Below are positions 1-5,305 of a stretch of 5,378 nucleotides of DNA, in pieces (within the stretch, counting starts at the first letter, position 1; every line of letters starts with the position of its first letter). The notes under the pieces are model-generated. The model was not told where the DNA came from. It saw nothing but the letters and a program-made list of their open reading frames with translations, and did no database searches. A program made the position numbers and the translations under genes. This DNA is from a virus (taxonomy: Duplodnaviria > Heunggongvirae > Uroviricota > Caudoviricetes), in the IMG/VR virus record IMGVR_UViG_2671180921_000005, positions 1-5,378 of that record. One strand, 5' to 3'.

Positions 1-1
1 G

Positions 2-397
2 AACGCCATTCAAGCTATCCAGCAAATCCTTCCAGACCCAACCAAACCAATCGTAGTAACCATTCAGGAACGCAACCGTAGCTTAGACCAAAACCGAAAG
101 CTTTGGGCTTGCCTTGGTGACGTCTCGCGTCAGGTTGAATGGCATGGTCGATGGCTGGATGCAGAAAGCTGGAAGTGTGTGTTTACCGCAGCATTAAAGC
201 AGCGGGACGTTGTTCCTAACCTTGCCGGGAGTGGCTTTGTGGTAATAGGCCAGTCAACCAGCAGGATGCGTGTAAGCGAATTTGCGGAGCTATTAGAGCT
301 TATACAGGCATTCGGTACAGAGCGTGGCGTTAAGTGGTCAGACGAAGCGCGACTGGCTCTGGAGTGGAAAGCAAGATGGGGAGATCGGGCTGCATGA
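2..397 (+). CDS. ninB: NinB recombination protein (Orf-family single-strand annealing/recombination mediator), 5'-truncated by the window edge
   Basis: Frame 2 is open from the window start to TGA at 395-397. The translation (…[130 protein letters not shown]) matches lambda NinB as I recall it almost residue for residue. The ORF track only shows the part from the internal Met at 179. Confidence 0.9.
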   Translation, partial: NAIQAIQQILPDPTKPIVVTIQERNRSLDQNRKLWACLGDVSRQVEWHGRWLDAESWKCVFTAALKQRDVVPNLAGSGFVVIGQSTSRMRVSEFAELLELIQAFGTERGVKWSDEARLALEWKARWGDRAA

Positions 398-921
398 CTA
401 TCAAATCAAATACGCCAGCACACGACAAGGACTGCTGGCAAACGCCGCTTTGGCTTTTTGATGCACTGGATATTGAGTTTGGATTCTGGCTGGATTCGGC
501 AGCGAGCGACAAAAACGCTCTGTGCGCTCACTGGCTAACTGAGGCTGACGACGCGCTAAATTCTGAGTGGATAAGCCACGGTGCAATCTGGAATAACCCA
601 CCGTACAGCAATATCAGGCCGTGGGTGGAAAAAGCCGCTGAGCAGTGCATACAACAGCGACAGACGGTAGTGATGCTTGTGCCAGAGGATATGTCTGTCG
701 GATGGTTCAGCAAGGCTCTGGAGAGTGTTGACGAAGTTCGTATTATCACTGATGGACGGATTAATTTTATCGAACCATCGACAGGGCTGGAGAAGAAGGG
801 AAACAGCAAAGGCTCCATGCTGCTGATTTGGCGACCGTTCATTAGTCCTCGACGGATGTTTACTATCGTATCCAAAGCGGCATTGATGGCGATCGGGCAG
901 GGCGTCAGGAGGGCGACATGA
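394..921 (+). CDS. Phage Dam-family DNA N6-adenine methyltransferase (orphan, no cognate nuclease visible)
   Basis: ORF in frame 1 ending at TGA 919-921. The translation carries the motif-IV signature WNNPPYS (N/D-PP-Y of amino-methyltransferases) and an N-terminal [12 protein letters not shown] segment typical of the small phage Dam family. Start chosen at ATG 394, which overlaps the ninB stop (ATGA) and has GGGGAG 10 nt upstream; ATG 376 is an alternative. The ORF-track start at 334 lies inside ninB and is unlikely. Confidence 0.82.
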   Translation: MTIKSNTPAHDKDCWQTPLWLFDALDIEFGFWLDSAASDKNALCAHWLTEADDALNSEWISHGAIWNNPPYSNIRPWVEKAAEQCIQQRQTVVMLVPEDMSVGWFSKALESVDEVRIITDGRINFIEPSTGLEKKGNSKGSMLLIWRPFISPRRMFTIVSKAALMAIGQGVRRAT

Positions 922-1100
922 GGCGACAACGACGAAGTTTCACCGACATCATCTGTGAAAACTGCAAATACCTTCCAACGAAACGCTCCAGAAATAAACG
1001 CAAGCCAATCCCAAAAGAATCTGATGTAAAAACCTTCAACTACACGGCTCACCTGTGGGATATCCGGTGGCTAAGACATCGTGCGAGGAATACAAGGTGA
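918..1100 (+). CDS. ninE: NinE protein (small, basic, function unknown)
   Basis: 60-aa ORF whose translation ([60 protein letters not shown]) closely matches lambda NinE from memory. Its start overlaps the methyltransferase stop (ATGA at 918-921). Confidence 0.85.
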   Translation: MRRQRRSFTDIICENCKYLPTKRSRNKRKPIPKESDVKTFNYTAHLWDIRWLRHRARNTR

Positions 1101-1159
1101 TTGACGCGATGATTTATTTGGGGCTATATTCCTCACGCGCCAGCAAAATCTGGCGTCGG

Positions 1160-1170
1160 GATTAGGAACC
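1160..1170 (+). repeat. Copy 1 of the 11-bp motif GATTAGGAACC (core TTAGGAAC)
   Basis: Exact 11-mer gattaggaacc at 1160-1170, identical to 1326-1336. An inverted copy of the core (gttcctaa) is at 1295-1302. Confidence 0.6.
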
Positions 1171-1192
1171 CCGGATAGAGACCGCGACAGAC

Positions 1193-1216
1193 ACACGCCG
1201 CGAGCGTGTTTTTTAT
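1193..1216 (+). terminator. Candidate rho-independent terminator downstream of ninE
   Basis: acacgc (1193-1198), loop cgcga, gcgtgt (1204-1209) form a 6-bp stem, followed by ttttt-a-tt. The stem is short, so confidence is moderate. Confidence 0.5.
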
Positions 1217-1294
1217 TGTCGTATGCACGCGCACATCTGAATTATGGTGGGGCGTATGGGGGAGCTGAAAAGCTCGCCGGTTGGTTTCCCGGTA

Positions 1295-1336
1295 GTTCCT
1301 AACCCTGTACGTCTCACCACCCGATGATTAGGAACC
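1295..1336. promoter_or_regulatory. Inverted repeat GTTCCTAA-N26-TTAGGAAC immediately upstream of the ORF6N gene; candidate operator or protein-binding site
   Basis: gttcctaa at 1295-1302 is the reverse complement of ttaggaac at 1329-1336. The right arm is part of the exact 11-mer also present at 1160-1170. It lies 40-80 bp upstream of the GTG start at 1378. Confidence 0.4.
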
Positions 1337-1377
1337 TGACGGTGGTGATAGTTTAGAAACCACTCGAGGGCGTCATT

Positions 1378-2058
1378 GTGACAACTCAAATCTCTGTTGA
1401 AACTCTCTCCCCGATCACCCATAACCAGATTCCTGTTATTACCACCGAACTTTTGGCGCAGCTTTATGGCACAGAAATTCTGAACATCCAGGTTAACTTC
1501 ACCAGAAACAAAGAGCGTTTTGTCGAAGGAAAGCACTTTTTTAAAGCATCTGGTGAGGAATTAAAAAATTTGCGACTTACTTTAAGTAAGTCACAAAACC
1601 CCATATCTCCCAAAGCCCGCTCCCTTATCCTCTGGACAGAACGCGGAGCAGCCCGTCATGCAAAAATGCTCGAAACCGATCAGGCGTGGGATGTGTTCGA
1701 AAAACTGGAAGACTGCTATTTCAGCCAGTGCGAGAAAAATACTGGCAAACAAGAGAAGAAGCCCAACGGGCTTTCCGCAAAAGAAACAGACATCCTTGTA
1801 TGGCTGTGGGATTATGCCAACCGCTCACAGGCATTGTTCCGTGAGTTGTATCCCGCATTAAAACTGATTCAGTCTGGCTATTCCGGCATATGCCACGACT
1901 ACGGCTATGAGTTCTCGTATATCATCGGGAGGGCGAGGGGCGTTTTAATTAATCACACGCGGGATATAGATATTTATGAGCCTGACGGGCCGACGAACCT
2001 TCTGGCATGGGAAAGGCTTAATAACAAAGAGTTGCCGCCTTCACTGCATCGCTACTGA
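1378..2058 (+). CDS. ORF6N/KilA-N-type domain protein (antirepressor-like N-terminal domain) with an uncharacterised C-terminal half
   Basis: 226-aa ORF starting at GTG 1378, with GAGGG 7 nt upstream. The N-terminal ~115 aa contain [46 protein letters not shown] and [33 protein letters not shown], the pattern I associate with ORF6N-domain prophage proteins (NFxRNKERFxEGKHYF…ILWTERGA). The C-terminal ~110 aa are not recognised. Confidence 0.72.
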   Translation: MTTQISVETLSPITHNQIPVITTELLAQLYGTEILNIQVNFTRNKERFVEGKHFFKASGEELKNLRLTLSKSQNPISPKARSLILWTERGAARHAKMLETDQAWDVFEKLEDCYFSQCEKNTGKQEKKPNGLSAKETDILVWLWDYANRSQALFRELYPALKLIQSGYSGICHDYGYEFSYIIGRARGVLINHTRDIDIYEPDGPTNLLAWERLNNKELPPSLHRY

Positions 2059-2074
2059 CAATTGACAACTTAAC

Positions 2075-2099
2075 AAACCCAGCTTCGGCTGGGTTTTTT
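2075..2099 (+). terminator. Strong rho-independent terminator
   Basis: aaacccagc (2075-2083), loop ttcg, gctgggttt (2088-2096), followed by a run of six T. This is a perfect GC-rich stem with a tetraloop and U-tract, 17 nt after the ORF6N stop. The A-run upstream means it could also work on the minus strand. Confidence 0.85.
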
Positions 2100-2132
2100 A
2101 TTGCTGAATTTTCAATGTGAGAGGACATGACA

Positions 2133-2855
2133 ATGAATGAGCTGATAAATAACAATGCCATCAAAATGACAAGCATTGAAATCGCTGAGTTGGTGGGAAG
2201 CCAACACGGTAATGTCAGAATATCAATAGAACGTCTGGCAAAGCGTGGGGTGATTCAACTTCCTCCAATGCAAAAAGTTGAAAATAAACAAACAATTAGC
2301 CCTAACAAATTCACAAGCGTGTATATATTCGAAGGCGAACAAGGTAAGCGCGATAGTATCATTGTCGTCGCCCAGTTGTCGCCAGAGTTCACCGCTCGCC
2401 TTGTTGACCGCTGGCGAGAACTCGAAGGGGCAACCGCGAAAATCCCACAAACCTTCTCTGAAGCATTGCGCCTCGCGGCTGACCTTGAAGACCAGAAGGC
2501 TGAACTGGAGAAACAGCTTGCTCTCGCAGCACCTAAAGTTGATTTTGCCGATCGCGTTGGCGAGGCCAGCGGAATTTTGATTGGAAACTTTGCAAAGGTT
2601 GTTGGTATTGGTCCAAACAAACTGTTTGCGTGGATGCGCGATCACAAAATCCTTATTGCTTCAGGTTCCCGGCGAAATGTGCCAATGCAGGAATATATGG
2701 ATCGCGGCTATTTCACAGTGAAAGAAACAGCGGTCAACACAAATCACGGAATACAGATATCGTTCACCACAAAAATAACCGGGCGTGGTCAACAGTGGCT
2801 GACCAGAAAGCTGCTCGATAACGGAATGCTGAAAGTAACAGGGGTGGCTGCTTAA
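2133..2855 (+). CDS. Phage antirepressor-like regulatory protein: N-terminal Rha domain plus C-terminal KilAC/AntA-type domain
   Basis: ORF ending at TAA 2853-2855. The N-terminus (MNELINNNAIKMTSIEIAELVGSQHGNVRISIERLAKRGVI) resembles the phage Rha family, and the C-terminal part (PKVDFADRVGEASGILIGNFAKVVGIGPNKLFAWMRDHKIL…) resembles KilAC-type antirepressor domains. Start placed at ATG 2133 because GAGG (2121-2124) sits 8 nt upstream; ATG 2127 (the ORF-track start) is possible but only 2 nt from the GAGG. Confidence 0.78.
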   Translation: MNELINNNAIKMTSIEIAELVGSQHGNVRISIERLAKRGVIQLPPMQKVENKQTISPNKFTSVYIFEGEQGKRDSIIVVAQLSPEFTARLVDRWRELEGATAKIPQTFSEALRLAADLEDQKAELEKQLALAAPKVDFADRVGEASGILIGNFAKVVGIGPNKLFAWMRDHKILIASGSRRNVPMQEYMDRGYFTVKETAVNTNHGIQISFTTKITGRGQQWLTRKLLDNGMLKVTGVAA

Positions 2856-3145
2856 TGGCTAACCTACGCAAAGAAGCGCGCGGCAGAGAATGTCAGGTAC
2901 GTATTTACGGCGTATGCAATGGCAATCCTGAAACTACAGTTCTGGCACATTACCGGATGGCTGGAATTTGCGGAACTGGAATGAAGCCTGACGACCTGAT
3001 CGGCGCATGGGCTTGTAGCGCGTGTCACGATGAAATCGACCGACGCACCCATAATCTCGACAACAAAGACGCCAGACTTTACCACCTCGAAGGCGTGATC
3101 AGGACGCAGGCGATACTGCTGAAGGAGGGGAAGATTAAACCATGA
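2855..3145 (+). CDS. DUF1364-family protein (YbcO-like), Cys-rich putative metal-binding nuclease-like protein
   Basis: 96-aa ORF whose start overlaps the upstream stop (TAATG). The translation MANLRKEARGRECQVRIYGVCNGNPETTVLAHYRMAGICGTGMKPDDLIGAWACSACHDEIDRR… has the conserved Cys cluster and closely resembles E. coli prophage protein YbcO as I recall it. It sits directly upstream of rusA, as in DLP12-type prophages. Confidence 0.8.
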   Translation: MANLRKEARGRECQVRIYGVCNGNPETTVLAHYRMAGICGTGMKPDDLIGAWACSACHDEIDRRTHNLDNKDARLYHLEGVIRTQAILLKEGKIKP

Positions 3146-3504
3146 ACGAATATCAGTTTGTGCTTCCATACCCGCCGTCGCTGAACACCTACTGGCGAAG
3201 ACGGGGAAGCCAATACTACATCAGCGATAAAGGCCAGAAATACCGAAAAGACGTTCAGAAAATCATCCGCCAACTCAAGTTAGACATTTTCACCAAATCA
3301 CGACTCCGCATCAAAGTCATCGCAGACGTTCCAGACTCCCGCCGCCGCGACCTCGATAACATCCTGAAGGGTTTACTCGACTCCCTTATCCACGCCGGAT
3401 TTGCGGAAGACGACGAGCAATTCGATGACATTCGCGTAATTCGTGGTGTGAAAGTACCAGGCGGAAGGCTTGGAATAAAAATCACCGAACTGGAGAACGT
3501 ATGA
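3142..3504 (+). CDS. rusA: RusA Holliday-junction resolvase (crossover junction endodeoxyribonuclease)
   Basis: 120-aa ORF with an ATGA overlap to the upstream gene. Counting residues in the translation gives D70, D72, K76 and D91 within …RRRDLDNILKGLLDSL…AEDDEQFDD…, exactly the positions of the RusA catalytic Asp/Lys residues. The length also matches RusA. Confidence 0.92.
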   Translation: MNEYQFVLPYPPSLNTYWRRRGSQYYISDKGQKYRKDVQKIIRQLKLDIFTKSRLRIKVIADVPDSRRRDLDNILKGLLDSLIHAGFAEDDEQFDDIRVIRGVKVPGGRLGIKITELENV

Positions 3505-3689
3505 ACGCCACAATTCAAACGATACCAGAGCTTCTTATCCAGACACGAGGCAATCAGACCGAAGTGGCGAGGATGCTTTCCTGCGCAAGAGGAGCAGTGC
3601 TCAAGTACAACCGAGACAGCAAAGGCGAGCGTCACGTAATAGTTAACGGAGTCCTGATGGTCACGCCAGGCAAAAAGGGAAGACGATGA
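3501..3689 (+). CDS. ninH: NinH-like small DNA-binding protein
   Basis: 62-aa ORF with an ATGA overlap upstream. The translation (…IPELLIQTRGNQTEVARMLSCARGAVLKYNRDSKGERHVIVNGVLMV…) matches the lambda NinH pattern (…GNQTEVARRL.C.RGTV.KY…H.IVN.VLMV) from memory. Confidence 0.8.
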   Translation: MNATIQTIPELLIQTRGNQTEVARMLSCARGAVLKYNRDSKGERHVIVNGVLMVTPGKKGRR

Positions 3690-4309
3690 GACTCGAAAGC
3701 GTAGCTAAATTTCATTCGCCAAAAAGCCCGATGATGAGCGACTCACCACGGGCTACGGCTTCTGACTCTCTTTCCGGTACTGATGTGATGGCTGCTATGG
3801 GGATGGCGCAATCACAAGCCGGATTCGGTATGGCTGCATTCTGCGGTAAGCACGAACTCAGCCAGAACGACAAACAAAAGGCTATCAACTATCTGATGCA
3901 ATTTGCACACAAGGTATCGGGGAAATACCGTGGCGTGGCAAAGCTTGAAGGAAATACTAAGGCAAAGGTACTGCAAGTGCTCGCAACATTCGCTTATGCG
4001 GATTATTGCCGTAGTGCCGCTACGCCGGGCGCAAGATGCAGAGATTGCCACGGTACAGGCCGTGCGGTTGATATAGCCAAAACAGAGCAGTGGGGGATAG
4101 TTGCTGAGAAAGAGTGCGGAAGATGTAAAGGCGTCGGTTATTCAAGAATGCCAGCAAGCGCCGCATATCGCGCTGTGACGATGCTAATCCCAAACCTTAC
4201 CCAACCCACCTGGTCACGCACTGTTAAGCCGCTGTATGACGCTCTGGTTGTGCAATGCCACAAGGAAGAGTCAATCGCAGACAACATTTTGAATGCGATC
4301 ACACGTTAG
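3686..4309 (+). CDS. Q: Late gene antiterminator Q (lambda Q type)
   Basis: 207-aa ORF with an ATGA overlap to ninH. The translation is near-identical over its length to lambda Q as I recall it (MRLESVAKFHSPKSPMMSDSPRATASDSLSGTDVMAAMGMAQSQAGFGM…), including the Cys4 zinc-binding motif CRDCHG…CGRCKG. Its position immediately upstream of a pR'-like promoter fits. Confidence 0.93.
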   Translation: MRLESVAKFHSPKSPMMSDSPRATASDSLSGTDVMAAMGMAQSQAGFGMAAFCGKHELSQNDKQKAINYLMQFAHKVSGKYRGVAKLEGNTKAKVLQVLATFAYADYCRSAATPGARCRDCHGTGRAVDIAKTEQWGIVAEKECGRCKGVGYSRMPASAAYRAVTMLIPNLTQPTWSRTVKPLYDALVVQCHKEESIADNILNAITR

Positions 4310-4351
4310 CGCCATGATTGCCACGGATGGCAACATATTAACGGCATAATA

Positions 4352-4410
4352 TTGACTTTTTGAATAACTTTGGGTAAATTTGACACCAATAATGGGCGTT
4401 TTTTACCTGT
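4352..4410 (+). promoter_or_regulatory. Late promoter pR' with overlapping qut (Q-utilisation) site and promoter-proximal pause region
   Basis: -35 TTGACT (4352-4357), 17-bp spacer, -10 TAAATT (4375-4380). The string ttgactttttgaataactttgggtaaatttgac is near-identical to lambda pR' (TTGACTTATTGAATAAAATTGGGTAAATTTGAC). Predicted start is about 4387-4388. The early transcribed region contains the -10-like element ccaataat, analogous to the lambda pause-inducing element. Confidence 0.78.
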
Positions 4411-4588
4411 CACTGATGAGTCTCAATAACCTGCCGCCGAGTAGTTTTTATGCTCTGAATTGTATTTGTGTAGTAAACATGCTGACTGCAATGTAATAGA
4501 GGTTTTTTAGCCTGTAACCTCTTGACGGCATTGAATTGCTTTTGTTGTGAGTTGTAAGCCAATGTTATCATCTTGTATAGAGGTGGTT

Positions 4589-5305
4589 ATGAGGGATGGT
4601 GCACTGCTCAGGAGTTCTTCACTTTTTATAGCCTACATGGGATGCCTTGGATGGGGAAGTGCTTATTTCTATGGCTGGGGTACTTCTTTTTACTACGGAT
4701 TCCCATGGTGGATTGTAGGTGCAGGTGTTGATGATGTTGCCAGAAGTTTATTTTTTGCAGTTATCGTCATTGCTATATTTCTTATCGGTTGGGGTATTGG
4801 TGTTGTATTCTTTTTCGCTGTGAAAAGAAAACATTCTATGCAGGAGCTAAATGTATTTCGCCTTTATTTTGCTGTGGAATTATTGTTTGTGCCGGCAATT
4901 ATTGAGTTTTCTATATTGAGACAGAAGATTCAGGTACCTCTTTTGCTACTGTCAGCAGCGATTGCGCTGGCAGTTACAATTTCGATAAGATCTTATGGGC
5001 GATTTTTATCGGTATCATGCTTCTATGGTAAGCCATTTATAAAAAAACATATTTTTGAAGTTGTGATGGTTGCTTTTGTGGCATATTTCTGGCTCTTCTC
5101 ATTTCTGACAGGATATTACAAACCTCAGTTTAAGAAAGAATATGAAATGATTAATTATAATGATGCTTGGTATTATGTTCTTGCTCGTTATGATAATTGT
5201 CTGGTTTTGTCTACTTCTTTTAATGCAGGTAGTAAGAGGTTTGTCATTTATCAATCAGCACAAGACAAGAATCTTCAGGTTGATATTGTAAGGACCAGAA
5301 TTTAA
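4589..5305 (+). CDS. Hypothetical multi-pass inner-membrane protein (about 238 aa; 4-5 predicted TM helices plus ~55-aa C-terminal soluble tail), AT-rich moron cargo downstream of Q/pR'
   Basis: Long ORF in a strongly AT-rich segment, ending at TAA 5303-5305. Start placed at ATG 4589 with a good SD (AGGTGG at 4581-4586, 2-nt gap before the ATG); the ORF-track start at GTG 4547 and ATG 4562 lack an SD. Hydrophobic stretches: SLFIAYMGCLGWGSAYFYGWG, LFFAVIVIAIFLIGWGIGVVFFFAV, LYFAVELLFVPAIIEFSIL, VPLLLLSAAIALAVTISI, IFEVVMVAFVAYFWLFSFLTGYY. No family recognised. The segment has no long ORF on the opposite strand. Confidence 0.6.
   Translation: MRDGALLRSSSLFIAYMGCLGWGSAYFYGWGTSFYYGFPWWIVGAGVDDVARSLFFAVIVIAIFLIGWGIGVVFFFAVKRKHSMQELNVFRLYFAVELLFVPAIIEFSILRQKIQVPLLLLSAAIALAVTISIRSYGRFLSVSCFYGKPFIKKHIFEVVMVAFVAYFWLFSFLTGYYKPQFKKEYEMINYNDAWYYVLARYDNCLVLSTSFNAGSKRFVIYQSAQDKNLQVDIVRTRI

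Noticed and set aside
334-393. ORF-track start at 334 (and ATG 376) for the methyltransferase
   Set aside because: Position 334 lies well inside ninB with no SD; ATG 394 gives the ATGA overlap typical of this block and a conserved-looking N-terminus. ATG 376 cannot be fully excluded.
528-1052. 174-aa minus-strand ORF (with smaller ones at 330-512 and 401-601) antisense to the methyltransferase and ninE
   Set aside because: They lie entirely within well-supported + strand genes with recognisable motifs, have no SD-like sequence at their starts and give no recognisable protein; most likely shadow ORFs.
1246-1329. 27-codon ORF (MVGRMGELKSSPVGFPVVPNPVRLTTR) in the ninE/ORF6N intergenic region
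   Set aside because: No SD, very short, and it overlaps the repeat and inverted-repeat elements that are more parsimoniously regulatory DNA.
1213-1536. 107-aa minus-strand ORF spanning the ninE/ORF6N intergenic region and the ORF6N gene start
   Set aside because: It overlaps the 5' end of the ORF6N gene on the opposite strand, has no convincing RBS and its translation is low-complexity and unrecognisable; the intergenic region is better explained as regulatory.
1658-1861. 67-aa + strand ORF in an alternative frame inside the ORF6N gene
   Set aside because: Embedded out of frame within a gene with clear domain signatures; Cys/Arg-rich translation typical of off-frame artefacts.
2223-2821. 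Four overlapping ORFs (2223-2645 -, 2255-2620 -, 2278-2580 +, 2630-2821 +) inside the Rha/KilAC gene
   Set aside because: All are alternative-frame or antisense to a gene with recognisable Rha and KilAC signatures and have no independent support.
2864-4051. Minus-strand ORFs 2864-3169, 3079-3273, 3255-3635 and 3812-4051 antisense to DUF1364, rusA, ninH and Q
   Set aside because: Antisense to tightly coupled, confidently identified genes; no RBS or terminator context; judged shadow ORFs.
4424-4431. CUGAUGAG string resembling the hammerhead ribozyme core
   Set aside because: No matching GAAA/stem architecture in the following sequence; an 8-mer match is expected by chance in AT-rich DNA.
4403-4507. 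34-codon small ORF (MGVFYLSLMSLNNLPPSSFYALNCICVVNMLTAM) in the pR' leader
   Set aside because: No SD upstream, it lies in the region expected to be untranslated leader or pause RNA, and I cannot assess conservation; kept only as a remote possibility of a leader peptide.
4498-4522. Hairpin agaggtt/aacctct considered as a tR'-like terminator
   Set aside because: The 11-nt loop and 7-bp AT-containing stem are not followed by a U-tract on either strand; it does not meet intrinsic-terminator criteria (it may still be an RNA structure or protein site).
4547-4588. ORF-track start at GTG 4547 (and ATG 4562) for the membrane protein
   Set aside because: Neither has an SD, whereas ATG 4589 is preceded by AGGTGG at 4581-4586; the extra 14 residues (MSCKPMLSSCIEVV) add nothing recognisable.
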